DNA of 64,000 bases from Felis catus (Eukaryota). Location of the stretch: positions 3,350,001 through 3,414,000 of the forward strand of contig NC_058369.1 in assembly GCF_018350175.1 (NCBI RefSeq). Reading direction: 5' to 3'. Below, piece by piece: positions 44,161-57,700 of the stretch. The position numbers and the translations under genes were made by a program. How positions within the stretch are numbered: position 1 is the stretch's first letter; each line of letters opens with the position of its first letter. Below the pieces are notes generated by a model that was not told the DNA's origin, searched no databases, and was given only the letters and a program-made list of their open reading frames with translations.

Positions 44161-45024
44161 TTAGAAATGCAGAGTCCCAGGGCCCCACCCAGACCTGCCC
44201 AACCGGAGGCCGCTTGTAGTCAGATCTCGCAGGGATCGGGGCGCACGTCAAACTTTATGCGTGGATACCTAGTCGCCCACCCATCCGCCCCCCTGGACGC
44301 CGAGCCCTGTGACGGCAGGCAGTCTTGGGTATGTATCGGTCCACTGGTGTCCCCGCAGCGTCTGGCACACCGTTGGTGCTCAATAATGGCTCGTAAGCGA
44401 ATGCACTAAGTGTCAGCATCAGGGCTTGAATCTGGATCTGCCCTCCTCCCTGGTTCCACTTTGCCTGTCACCCCCACAACACGCAAGTGTCTGCAGGTGT
44501 GTGGGTCCTCCCCGCGGACGCCCACGGGCCCCTGGGAGCTTCTGTGTATTCACGCGTATCCGTAGATGCGCCCACGGCACATGCGTGTGCCCCAGCAATG
44601 GCAGGCCGTCTGCCTGTGTGTGCACGCGCCCCCCACGAGGCTGCTGCCTGCGACCCCCACTGATGGCTTTCTGGCCCTCAAACTGTCTCCATGGACCTCA
44701 ACTAACTGTGGGCACCCAGCTGGCCAACCCCGGGGTCTTACCCACCCTCCCACCCCAGCCAGCCTCATCTTGGTGGGTTGGGGAAACTGAGGCCCAGAAT
44801 GAGGGCTGGACAGAAAACTCTGCCAGATAAGAACTCCAGGGCAGCCGTCTCCAGACTCGTATGGCCCCGGTCCGAATCCCGGCACTGCCTCCTGTCCGCT
44901 GTGAGCCCTCCGACGGCCACTTCCCCCGTGTGGGCCTCAGTGTCCCCACCTAGAAGCAGCAGGCGGCTACAAGCCCAACCCGACACTGTTGCTGTGGCGA
45001 TAGGAAGGCATAATCCAGACCAAC

Positions 45025-45315
45025 GCCATCCAGCAGAAAGCCGTGTGCACACATGTGTCACTTTGAATTTCCTGGTGGCCCCACTCAAAGGGGGAAACTC
45101 GTTTTAATAACTTATTTAACCCAATGGGTCCAAAATACTGTTATTTCCGCAAGTAATCAATGTAAAAATGATTAACGAGACATTTCAACACGCTGTTTTT
45201 CGCGTTTAATCTTTGGAATCTGCCATGTGTTCCACACCGAGAGCACATCTGGATTCGGGCCGGCCACGCGTGATTCAACAGCCACACGTGGCCAGTGGCC
45301 CCGGACAGCCCAGCT
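45025..45315. mobile_element. MER3/MER33-like hAT relic
   Basis: AT-rich core ttatttaacccaat...aatcaatgtaaaaatgattaa...agccacacgtggccagtggc. Confidence 0.6.
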
Positions 45316-45397
45316 CCAGAGGAAGCGCTGAACAGGGTGACTGGCCCACAGTGGCCATTCCTATCATTGTCGCTGTTATTTAAAAAAAAAAAAAAAA

Positions 45398-45413
45398 TTT
45401 AATGTTTATTTTT

Positions 45414-45447
<34 letters not shown>

Positions 45448-45616
45448 ATGAGCGGCGGAGGGGCAGAGAGAGAGGGAGACACGGAATCCGAAGCAGGCTC
45501 CGGGCTCTGAGCCATCAGTACAGAGCCCAACGCGGGGCTGGAAGTCAAGGAACCGCGAGATCGTGACCTGAGCCCAAAGTCAGATGCTCAACCGACTGAG
45601 CCACCCAGGCACCCCT
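45398..45616 (-). mobile_element. Can-SINE with a 20-bp target-site duplication
   Basis: ctatcattgtcgctgttatt (45361) and ctatcatcgtcgctgttatt (45616). Confidence 0.92.
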
Positions 45617-48600
45617 ATCATCGTCGCTGTTATTATGCAAACCTCACCCCTGATTTCCAAGTGCAGGTTGGGGGGTGTGGCCACTGCTCCTTAGGAATAA
45701 GCAGGCCCCTGGGGGAGGCCTCCCATCCTCTGGGCCTTAGCAGGGAAGTTCTCCTTCCAGTCTCCCAGAAACCCCTCTTGCTTCCGGAGGCTCCCAGAAG
45801 CAAAAGGCCTGGAGGTTGGAGTTTCGATCCCAAGCTGGGCATTCCCCCCCCTGGGCCTTTGAGAATTTCGCCTCGAAGGGCAGTGCCACCCTCCTCTCCG
45901 ATCCCCCTCCCCGCAAGCAACTCTTTCCCGGGCTTCACAAGCTCAGCCCACACCCTGCTCAAAGGCCTGCAATGGCTCCCTAGTACCCCCACGGAAGAGA
46001 GAACCGATTTCTATCCGCGGACATTTCAGGACCCCTCCTGCCCTGGCAATGACCTTCATCTTCACTTGCCCTCATCTTCTGCCATGCATGCCCAGAATTC
46101 ACCCGTCCCACATCCAGGTCTTTGCTGAGGCTGTCTTCCTCTGCCAGGGACGCGTTCAGCCTTCTCAAGGCCCAGCTGCTCCCCAAGAACCCCTCAACCA
46201 CCCAGACATAGTAACCTTGCTTTCCCTCCTTGGAGCCAACTCCTGCTCGCCATCCCTATGAGCTACATGCGGATGTCCCCTCCTCCAGGAAGCCTTCCTT
46301 GACTGCCCTGGCTGAGCCTGACACTCCCTGGGCTCCCCCAGCCACCACCCCTCCCCATCCTGGAGGCCACTCCCCGACTCTGGCTCCCTGTACCTTGGGA
46401 GCTATTCAGTTACTCATGAGATGAGCAATTATTGAGTGTCAGCTGTATGCTAGGCACAGTTCCAGGCCAAGCCCTGCCCCTGTGGGGCCCCTGCTCCAGC
46501 GGGGAGACAGGGGTATGCGACTAGGTGACTCAGGGCCAGGCTCGGAGCCCCTGTTTCTCCATCTGCCGCGGCCAGGATGGGGGCGGGATGCCCGTTTCCA
46601 GTTCCATAGAAGGAGCTCCTGACAGCCTGACCGCCCCAGGATTCCGGCTCCGGGGCCCAGTGTCCCCGGGGGGATCGAGTAACCCGGCCCGGCAGCCGGC
46701 CCCTGTGCCATCCAGGTCCAGTTACCGGCTCTGCTTACAGCTGCCTTCCCCAGCTGCCTCAGTCGCCCCCGGTCTCAGCCCAGCCGGGCTTCGGGGCTGT
46801 CTAGGAACTTGGCAGAGCACCCAGAGGGAGTCCCTGGGGCCCTGGCCACGGAGGGGCTGGGAGAGAGGCCCCCTCGCCCCCCGACGCCTGCCCGATGCCC
46901 ATTAACTCATCCCTCCCCGGCCCGGGACACAGCGGCCGAGCTTTCTGCTTCCTCCCTCTGCAAATCGGGGATGACGGCCCCAGCTCCGGGGCGCAACAGT
47001 AGGTGCTCCACTAACACCAGCTGGACCAGTGTCCCGCGAGCAGTCCCTACTTGTACAAAAAGCCGCAAGGACACGTTTGCTCCAGACTCTCTGAGCACCT
47101 GCTCTGTGCACCTTCACGGCAGGAGTCTCCGTGGTGATCATGCTCGGGGGGGGGGGGGGGGGGTCGCGGGGGACTCGGCGCAGTTCGTGCTGAACTTGGC
47201 TGAACTTGGAGGGGACGGAACTCCAGAGTACCCGAGTCACCTCCCGCGTCCGCCCCCCAGCGGCCCAGCGGAGAGCGGGGACCTCAGCTAAGATTTTATG
47301 AAACCCCTACGGGGCCCCACGCTTCATTCACACTTCCTGCCCACCCCACCCCAGTGGGGCAGAGACCGGCACCTTCATCCCCATTTCACAGGTGGGAAAA
47401 ACGGGCCCAGAGAAGTCAAGCCACGTGGCCAAAGTCACGCAGCCCACAGAAGGGTGCGGCCGGGATCCGAACCCGGGCCGCGGGGCTAGGCTGCCTCTTG
47501 CCGCGGGCCCACCGAGTGCCATCTGGCCACGAGCCTGCACAGCCTCAAGGAACGTTTTGCGGATAAGCGAGTGGAGACCCGGAGAGAGAGGCTCTCCTGT
47601 CCCCAGGCCACTCGGGGAGCCGGGGTGGAGAACAGGTGGCGGGGGCACGACAGCAGGACCTCAAGTAGGGGACACGGACAGGCCCCCGGGGCTCCAGGCC
47701 CAGACGGGGAGGGGGGGGGCTCCCGGGTAATTAATTTTAATCACTGTTTGGAAATTGGGCCGCCAGGAGGCAAATCGGAAGCAGCAACTTGTAATTAGGA
47801 ACGGGGAAGGGGGGGCTCCTTTCTGCGTGATGCGGCGACCATTCTGAGGAAATTAAAGTGTCATTTATACCCAGCGGGTAATTAGAGGGCCCAGGAGGGG
47901 GGCCACTCGAGGGGGCTGGGGGCTCCTAGGGAATCCAGAGTGAGGCTGGGGTTGGGGGGGGGCAGACACCCACAGATTCCCAAGTAGGCCTGGGGACAGA
48001 CGGACCCCGTGCTCAGCCCCAAGTTGAAGGAGACACACAGGAGCTGGGCCCTGCTCTTGGGGCCCAGTTTAGGGGGACAGAGGGGTATAAGGCTTGTCCC
48101 TAGGGGGTCCACTCCCGGGAGGACGAAGAGATACGGTTCTTGCCCTTGGGGTCCAAGAAGACGGCCAGCCCGGTCCTCCTTTCTTGGGATTCTGGGAGCC
48201 CTCCTCTCCCCGCCCCCCAGGCTTACCCCTCCACCCTGAGGCCCCGTCTGGAAGGCCACAGGGATCCCCAAGGGGGACGACGGGACCAGAAGGACAGGTC
48301 TGCAAGGGGACAGCGTTTAAGAGGTGCTGGGTGGCGGGCAGGCGGGGCTGGGCTAAGTGTTGCTGGATGAACTTGAAGAAGACAAAGGCGGGAGAGAGGT
48401 CCTGGGGGACGGCCCTGGGGTCAGAATGGACCACAAGTCCTGGTGAGTCAGGGCTCAGGAATGGCAGAGATGTTGACAGAGGGACGATGGGGCGTGAGAA
48501 CGGCGCATCAGTGGAGAAAAAAAGTGAGGGCCGGGGGGCCCCTGCTTGCTGGGCGACCCCGGGGAGATTTGCCACCCCGGTCTGGGCCTCGTTCCTCCCA

Positions 48601-51001
48601 GAGCTCAGACCTGCAAAGGGAAGTAAGAACAAACACTCCGGGCCGTGTATTGCGCTCCCAGCCCGGTGCTGCGGCCACCACAGAAAGTACCCGTGGGGTC
48701 GGTGGGAGGGGTTCTTCTTACATGTCACAGTTGAAGAAACTGAGGCCCGGGGTGGGTGAGTGACAGGCCCAAGGCTGCACAGCCAGGAAATGGCCAAGCC
48801 AGGACTTGAACCCAGACACTCAACCCCAGTACTCCCTACCCCTCAGAGAAAGGGGCCCTCAGTTTCTCGCCACATCCTTCTGTAGGCAAGTCCCAAGTCT
48901 ATCCCACGCGCCAACTCCTTTTCCTCTCTCCTGCCACAGTCTGGTCCCCAGCATCGCTCGCCTGGACCAGCGCAGGGCAGCGGCCTCTGCCCTGGCCTCC
49001 CAGCTCCCGGCCCTTGCCGCTCCCAGACTGTCTTCCCCACGTCAGTCATAAGAGGGCGCCTGTGAGCACCTTAGTCAGGTGCCGCCCTCCCTCCTTGGTC
49101 CTCAGCCCTCCAGGGTTCCATCCTCACTGGGGGGTAAAAACCCAAGCCGTCCCCTGAGGCCCCCAAGGCCTTGCACAATCTGCCCCCCCCCTTTCCCCCT
49201 CTCCCCCTCACTCTGTTCCGGCCACACGGGCTTCCAACGCACCTGGTACGGTTCTGCCCCCGGGCCTTTGCACTGGCTATACCCTCTTCCTGGAATGCTC
49301 TTCCTCCAGATCTCTGGCTCCTTCTCATTTTCCGGGTCTCAGCTCAGATGCCACCTCCTCCGAGACACGCTTCTTTGACACCATCGGCTAAAACAGCCCC
49401 GCCCTTCTCAGCTACATCATCCCGGATGATTGTCTTCGGCAAACTTATACTGAATTTACTTTACCTCCCTAGTGGGGATCCGTGTCCCCATCCGGCTGTG
49501 AGTTCGACAAAGGCAGGGCCCAGTCTGTCTTGGTCATTGCTGGGGACCCAGCACCTAGCACATGGCAGATACTGATTAAATATCTGTCAACTCATCAGAT
49601 GAAAGCAAAGACCTCACAGCACCAAGTGAGGTCGGGGCCAGAGGCTACAGGTTCCTGCTTTTCAAACTTGTTACTTTTTCTGAAGAAAAACAACACGACT
49701 TTGCCCTGGCGTTTTGCCTGTGTCTCCTTTAAATGGTCAACCGTAAAGGAGAGAGAATAGTATTTCTGTTTTACAGATGGGTACACTGAGCCTCCAAGAG
49801 CGAGTGAGTGAGTGGGCAAAGCCATGGTTTCCAACCCAGGTAAGTCTGATCCAGGTGGGCAATCCTCGAAGGCCAATAATTCAGTGAGGTTGTCTCAACT
49901 GCCCAGGGGCTCTGACTCCTGGGGCTCCGGGAAAGGGAGGAGGGTCTGGAACTCTCAGAAAATGTGTAGCCGCCTGCACTGGGAACTCCTACACATCCGT
50001 CATGGCCCTAGCTTCCATGCCCCTCCTCCATTCATCTTCTCGGATCCACTGGGCAGAGACCAAGTTTTCCCAGCCCCATTTGCTCCCTGTGTCTGGGCTC
50101 TGACTCCACGTTGCAGAAAAGGCTGGCGTCTGCCTGTTTCCTCTTCTCCAGCCTGGAAGCCCCTAGAGAGCTCACTAAGCACTAGAGCTAAAGCCTCTTT
50201 TTCGGGGATCCCAGGGTCACCCGGCATGGAGCATGGCACACGGGGGCCACCAGGAGCGTCTCCCGAATTCCCCGGGACCAGGTCTCCCCCAGGGCTCCTC
50301 TGAGAATCATCCACAATCCTCCTCTGGGCTCCTGTAGGTGGGAAGTTCTCCCCTAGATCTGCCCTTGGAAGGCAGGCTCAGCCAGGGCCAAGGTGCATCC
50401 TGGGAAATGTAGTCCTCACCAGCCTCGGCCTCCCTCCCGGCAGGCCCCGGGATGGCCAGTGAAGGGTCACAGAGGCAGAGCCGGTGGGGGGCCCCGTATC
50501 CCTGCCCAAAGGAATGGAAGAGGGGTCTCTGGCCTCCCAAGTCACCTCTGTAGCATAATCTAATGGCTGTCACTTTACGTGGACATCCCCAAAGGCCAGG
50601 TGACAATGACCGTGCTAATGAGAGAATACATGGCTCGGGTCCAGACCTATCAGGCCACCCGCTGAACCTTGGCTCTGACAGGCCAGACCTGCGCTGTGGG
50701 CAATGGTGGGGGTGTCTAGGACGGGGGGGGGGTCGGTCTGCAGCCGGCTCCCGGGGAATTCAACCACAGGATGGGGGGCAGGTGGCTGGAGCCCGCGTCT
50801 GGGGCTGCCTTGAGCCTCAACTTCCCTACTTCTGCTAAATGAGGCCACGCTCGCGGTCAAACCATATCACTGCTGGGCCTGGGAGGAATTCGCCTACGGG
50901 TCCCCAGCCCCTCAAGTGGCTTAGACTTTCAGAATTACCGGATCCTAACCATGACAGTTCAAAACACCCACGGCACCCGGACATTGAAAAGCAACTCGGG
51001 A

Positions 51002-51228
51002 GGGGGCGCCCGGGGTGGCTCCGTCGGTGGAGCGTCCGACTCCGGCTCAGGTCGTGATCTCGCGGTCCGTGGGTTCGAGCCCCGCGTTGGGCTCTGTGCA
51101 GACCCCTTGCTCAGGGCCCGGAGCCTGCTTCGGATTCCGTGTCTCCCCACCCCCCAGCTCTCTGTCCCTCCCCTGCTCACGCTCTGCTTCTCAAAAATAA
51201 TAAATAAACATTAAAAAGTTAAAAAAAA
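51002..51228 (+). mobile_element. Can-SINE
   Basis: gggggcgcccggggtggctc head, A tail. Confidence 0.88.
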
Positions 51229-53099
51229 GGAAAGGAATGTGGAGGGTCACCTGGGCCCTGACCGATGCCAGAATGATTTTTCCAGGGTTCTGCAAAGACG
51301 GCTGTCCAACCTCTCGGGACGGACAACTCTCCCCCCGCCCCCCAACCCCCCATCAGGCAGCTCCCTTGGTTTCCAGGAGCCTGGTAGCTACCTTTCCTTC
51401 TGGCTGCTCAAGGTCTAAAACGTTGCCCATTCCCTCTCCTGCTCTAACACCTCCCATGGCTCCTAATTGCTCTTGGGATAAAGCTCGCTCCTCAGTTTGG
51501 CATTCTCAGCCCCCAGCCGCCTCTCGGGTCTATTGCCTGTGGTCTCCCACCCCTAAAATGGGCCAGACGCTCAGGGCTCCCCCAACACACCCCGCCGTGG
51601 CTCTACTGGGCACCCCCTCGACCTCGAATCCCTGTCCCCCTCTTCTCCTGGCAACATCCTTCCCCTCCCTCAAGTCTGATGCCACCACCCCCTCCTCCAG
51701 GCAGTCTTCCCTGATTCCACCTGTCCCGACGCTGGCTCCAGGCCTCCCCGGACACCCAGCATCTCCTGACAAAGGGCCAGGCACACGGGACAGGGCCACA
51801 CCCCAGGGTCAGCCAGGGATACCACTTTCCCAGGAGGCGGGAGCGACCGGCATGTCCTCCAGCCTCCAGGGACCCAGCTCACCTGTCCTGCTGGCTGACG
51901 TCAGGGTCACCTTTCCAAGGACAGTTTGATTTCTATCTTCCAGGTCCAGCCCCAGGTAACCCCAGCAACTCCAGCCCGTCTCCAGCACCTTCTTTGCCCA
52001 GTGGACAAAGGCGGGCACAGAAGCCTAGCAGTGGGGTAGCCCCTCCCGGGTAAGCAATGCCTCCGCTCCGAGACACCTTCTCTCCTCAAAGCGGAGGAGG
52101 TGACAGGACCCCGAGGACCGTGGGTGCTCAGCTCTGGCAGAAGGTAGGTGGGAACCAGGGAGAGTGGAGGGGGGCGAATCCAGGGCATTCTTGCGCGACC
52201 TCTCTCTGTCGCATCTCCCTCCGCTCAGGTCCGAAACCCAAAGATCGCCTCCTGCGGACATGGCAGCCCAGAGAGGGCTAGACACCTGTCTGAGGTCGCA
52301 CAGCTGCGCTCCCCCTCTTAGCCCCAGCCTGCCCCTCTTTGGAGAGGGCGGGGGCCTTGGAAGCCTCAGGTCTAAATTTCCACACAGCCCAGAACGGACA
52401 GGGGCTGGGATCCAGTTTCCAATGACGTGACGCCTCCTTTCCTCCTTCACCCTGTCTAGCAAGCCCGGGAGAGGCCAGGCCCGGCCTCCCTCTTTGCCCG
52501 CTCTGCCAATTTCTTGGGCCTCAGTTTCCCCATCCACCCTCGGGAACGGGGCCAACTCAGGGCTGACACCATTTCAGTGAGGCTTCCTCCAGGCTGCTAC
52601 CACCTGTCCTAGGGGCCTCAGTGACCTCCCAGCCAACTTCCCAGAGAGGCTGGGACCCTCTCCCAGGTGGGCCCTGACCGCACCAGGGAGCCCCAGCCAC
52701 ATCCTGCACTCATTCTATGTAGAGTTTTGAGCAATTCCCCACACACATCCCCGAATTCGCCCCTGAAGGAAACCAACAGCGTCTAGGAGGATGTGGGAAA
52801 GAGGCTGGGTGGGGAGCCCATAGAGTGGGGTGGGGGTGGGGGGTGCCCAGCGATACCCAACTTTGATTTTGGAGAGAGAATGTGGACCCTTTGACACGCC
52901 GAGGGAACCCGGAGAAACACCAAGAAATGCAATTTTGTAAACGGGGTGGGGGGGGTCCCTTCTGTGGTCCCAGCCATTAGCCACCCCCCCACCTTCCTCC
53001 TTAAGGCCAAACCCAGACCCCCAAAGCTTGAGGGCCCCTTCTCCTGACTGCAAACCTCAGTTCCCCTCTGGTCCGTGGGTCAAAGGTAACAACCTTAGG

Positions 53100-54750
53100 G
53101 GGAGGTGCCAAAGACCTCAGCCAGCGAGAGCCGAAAGGCGGTGGAGGGTCCGTGGATCGCACTCCCGGCTCCGGCATCTACGCGTCCCAGGCAGGGGCAG
53201 GGGCATGGGGGTGGGGGGGGTGTCCTCCGGCAGCGCCCCCTCTGGGAGGTGCCCTAAACTCGGAGCGCGCCTGCAGGCGGAGAGCAGGGCGGGGGGGGGG
53301 GGGGGGGGCACGTGACCCCCACCCCGGGGACCAATCAGCGCCCGCAGGAGGGGGGCCACACTCGGCGCCCCCACCTCTCCCGGCGCGCTCGGAGAGAGAC
53401 GCTTTCTTTGTCCCTTTGTCAGCTCTTGGGGGGCCCCTGAACCCCGGGGCCCCCGCTGCAACGGGGGGGGGGATCCGGACCTACTGGCTCTCTTCCCCCC
53501 CCCCGGCGGCCCCTCCCCCGCGGCCCGCGCCCTGGACTCGTTCTGGGCCGGGCGTGAGGCTGGAAAGGGCTCAGGGGCACCCAAGGTGCGGCGGCTGGAC
53601 CGCGGAGTGGGGTGGAGGGGCCTCGCCGTGCCGGGACCACCACACCGGTGCCGGGTCGGCCTCGACTTAGCTCTCCGGGCTCCGCCCCCCCAGCACCACC
53701 CCCCCCACCCCCGGCCAGCAGGCCCCGGCCGGCCCTGAACCCCCCACCTGGGCCCAAATCCAGCTCCCCGGCGGCGCAGCCGCGAGCCCCGTTATTGTGC
53801 CTCCCCCGGCCCCCCCCCCGGACAAAGTCTCCACCCGCTGCGGTGCCGACAGAACCCCCATTATAGCTCCACATCCAGGCCCCCAGGCAACCATCCAGGC
53901 CCCCCCCAGCTGCGGTGCCATTAGACTCCCTCATTATGGTGCCTCATTCAGCGCCCCAGGCCCCAATCCAGTCCCTTCCCAGCGTTGCCGCCGGACCCCC
54001 AATACACCGTTCCATGCAGCCACCCCCCTAAAACCCAGCCCCCTCCCCGGTGGCGTTGCTGACAGTTAGATCCTCCCGCGATAGCGCTCCCCAAACCCCC
54101 TCACCGGCCCAATCCATCACCCCTCCGAGCGGCGGGGCCCTCAGGCCCCCATCCTGGCGCCTGACCCGGCCACCCGGGCCAGCGATCCAGCCCCCCTGCT
54201 GCGTGCCGACGGACACCCCGGGGCTTCGCCTCCCCCAACCCCCTCTCGCAGACGCCCCGGGGCGCTTACCTCGAAGCCGCCGCGCCGCGAGTGCGCGGGA
54301 GGGAGCGCGAGGGCGGGAGGGCGCGGGCGGGGGGGGGGGTCCGTGCGCGCACCTGTCCCGGCCCGGCCGGCTCAGCCGGGCATCCCGTGCGGGGAGGGGG
54401 CTGGGGGCGCGCGCTCTCCCCGCCCCCGGCCCGCGGCGCCTCGCTGGGGGAGGGGGCTCAGCCCCGGCCCCCGGCGCGCTGGCGTCGGCTCCGGGGGGGG
54501 CGCTGCGCGGCGGCCGGACCCGGGGCGCGCCGCGGCCGCATCTCCTCCGCCCGCCGCGGCCGCCGCTGCGACTCGCGGCTCCGCCACCTCCGCCCCCCCC
54601 CCCTGCTTCGGACACCCCCCCCACCCCAAAGCGGGGCTGGAGCCACGCAAAACCCGGCCCAGAGCTACGGCGGCGCGGAACGGAGGGAGGAGCCTGGTGG
54701 GCGGCAGGAGGCGCTTGGAGGCGGACGTGGGGGTAGGGGAGCGACCCAAG
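53100..54750 (-). promoter_or_regulatory. SEMA6B: CpG island with probable SEMA6B upstream non-coding first exon (~54270-54600)
   Basis: Very CpG-dense; strong minus-strand donor GAG|gtaagc at 54270. Confidence 0.6.
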
Positions 54751-55419
54751 AGAAGGCACCCTGCTTTTGTCTAGGTAGGGGGGCCTGATTGCCACCCCCC
54801 CCCCTCCGACTCCCTGGTCTCGTGCGCTCTGGCCAGACTCGCGTCTCCGGGATTCATCCCCAATCAGACCCAAGGGGATGATGGAGGTGATGCGGTATCA
54901 CGAACCCCTTGGTCTACGGGGCCCCTCTCATCCATGAGGTCATTTATTCAACCCACAGGCATGATGTTCAACAACCCCCAGTGGACATGTGAGGAAATTG
55001 AGGCACAGGAAGGCGGCTCGGCCAAGGTGACCCAGTCAGAAATTGGCAGAACGAGGACTTGAACCTGGGCGAGCCGGCCGCATCCTGGCGCACGGGCTGC
55101 CCTCTGTCCAGCGCCCATGGGGCCTGGTCCCGGAAGGGTTTTCCCGGGGGGCTGCAGGCCTCCCTGAGTCGGTGGGGAGCACTCTCGCCCCGCCCCCTGC
55201 CTTCAGGACTCCCAGACAAACCCCTCTTTCGGTTTGGGAGGACTCCCTGACCCTCTGTGACCTTAGGACAGCAAGAGACCCTCTGGGGGGGCGAGTGTGA
55301 CGTGTATACCTCCCCCACTGGGTCGTGTGCTGTCCTGGGCCCTCTGGCACCCCCGCTATAAAGTAGGTGTTCAATAAATGTTTGATGCTATTATGTATTT
55401 ATCTAGGGACACTTCTTGG

Positions 55420-55462
<43 letters not shown>

Positions 55463-56779
55463 GCGCGCTGGCCTCTTCCGAACGACCAGTAAACAAATCA
55501 TTTCATTCATTCCTCACGGAAGCCCCACGAGGCGGCCCTAGATGGCACCCTGGGGCACAGAGAGGTCACGGACCTTGCCTGACATCACACAGGGATGAGA
55601 AGAAAGCATTACCTCTCTTGCTGCTGGTTACTGAGCGCCTCACCCACTTTGTCCCCTCGCTGGCTCCCAGCAGCCTGGGGTGGGGGTGGGGGGTTGCCCC
55701 GGACAGGGCATGTGGCTTCCCTTTGGCCACGCACGCGGCAGGGAAGTGGGGTTCAGACTTTGAACCCTACTCCTCAGGATACACTGGGGCCCGGGGAACC
55801 TGCGGCCTCCCTGGCATCTGTGGAGACAACCCAGCTTTTCCAGGTCCCCTAGCCCAGGGACGAGCCAGGGGGCCGTCCCCGAGACCACAAGCCTCCGCAG
55901 GCTGCCAGGCCTTCCTGCCAGTGGTTTTGCCCTGACCCGCTTTCCGGCTGAACCCGAGTCCCAGGCAAATCAGCGGGCACCTGCTCTCCACCAGCCCTAC
56001 CCCTGTGTCCTGCCCGCCTGGAAAGATAGCCTGCCCGACAAGCGAGGGGGCTAAGCTCAGCACCCCAGCTTGGCCCCCAGGCTCTGCACCCTGGTCCCAC
56101 CTCCACTCCACTGTCTATGCCCACCCCGGGGCTTGCCCTCCCTTGCCCGTGGCCTTGGCCCCACTGGACTCCTTTGCAGTCTATTCCTTCAACAAACATT
56201 TATTGGACACCTACTGTATGCCAGGTTCTCCCCTACCTTCAGACTGGGGGAGGGGCGCATGGAAGAATGGGTGGGGGGCAGAACTCAAGGTAAAGATACA
56301 GGCTGAGGTGGGGGGGGGGCGCTGTGACCAGGGGAGGGTCCAGGAGGACCACGAGGGGGTGATCTGGGGGCCACAGAAGGACCACCGACAGATCTGGCGT
56401 TGCACATGGGGTGCGGGGTGGGGGGTGGGAAGGTTATACTAGTTAGAGGGGCCTGCTTGGGACAAAGGCCCTGAGGGAGGCCCCACCCCCGCAGGCCGGC
56501 TCAGCTGCCACCCAGGCTTGGGAGGACATGAATGGGTTTTTCATGCTCTGGACCAGGGCAAGGTCAGGCCGGCTGCTCCCTCCCCCCCCCCCCCCCCCCC
56601 CCAGCCCTGGGCTCCTGACTGTCTGAGCCCTGACCTGGAGGGGGTGGCAGGAAGTCCACAGTTTGCCCTCCGGGGGAGCTAGGGAGGCCCGGGCAGGGGA
56701 AGGGCCTCGCCCGAGGTCACCGGCACCAGCGACACCCTGCTAATTGGGTTGCTCTGAGCAAAGCCTGCCCCTCGAGGCC

Positions 56780-57650
56780 TCAGTTTCTCCGCCTGAGCCG
56801 CCGGGTAGAGCAGCGCTGCGCTCCCGTCCCGCTCCGACCCCTGGCGGATTCCAGTGCGGGTTTTGCCCGGCGCCCGCGGACCTCGACACCTTCTTCCCAG
56901 CGCGGCCCGGCTGCAGCCCGGGGTCCGAGGGGGCCGGGGGAGACGCGGAGGGGCCCAGGAGGCCTGGGGGGCCCCCGAGACGGGCTGGGGCCGAGGCTGG
57001 CCTGGTGCCTGGCGCCTGCGGGGCCGGGAGACGCCCCCGGGCTGCCTGCGCGCCCCCCTTGAGCGCTCCCGGCCTCGCCGCCCCGCTGTGTGGCTCCCGC
57101 CGGTCCCTGCCCCTCTCTGGGCCGCTCCGGAGCCGGGCCGGAGGGCAGCTTCTCAGAGAGGTCGCCCGGGTCTCGCTTCCCCCCCGCACCCCCCCCCCCC
57201 GGCGGGTCCCGGCCTCGGTTTCCCCAGCCGGGTGTGGGCGCTCTTTTAAACCCGGGTCAGGGGGTCGTCGCTGGCGGGTCGCGCCCCCGTTAGCGGCTCG
57301 GGGCCCCCGGGAATCCCCCGGGGGCTCGGAAAGGGCAGCTCCGATTGGCCGAGGCTGCGCGTGACGTCAAGGCCTCCCCGACGCCCCCTCCCCCAGAGGC
57401 ACGTGGGGGTGGCCGCGGCCGGGGAGGGGCCGGGGTCCGGGCGGATTCGGGGTGTCCCCCCGCCCCCAGCCCGAGGCGGCAGCTGGGCAGCGCAGACGCG
57501 ATTCTCCTCGGACAGATTTTTCCCTCGTCCCAAATCCCCCTCCAGCCCCCCCAGAACGGCAGCTGCTCGGGCGGCAGATGCGCCGGCTAAATCCGCCCAG
57601 CTGGTCCCTCCGCAGAGCTAACCGCCTCGAACCCACGGTGGGTGGCTAGC
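56780..57650. promoter_or_regulatory. Second CpG island with promoter-type motifs
   Basis: GGGAATCCCC at 57309-57318, ATTGG at 57344-57348, TGACGTCA at 57362-57369, CACGTG at 57400-57405. Confidence 0.55.
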
Positions 57651-57700
<50 letters not shown>

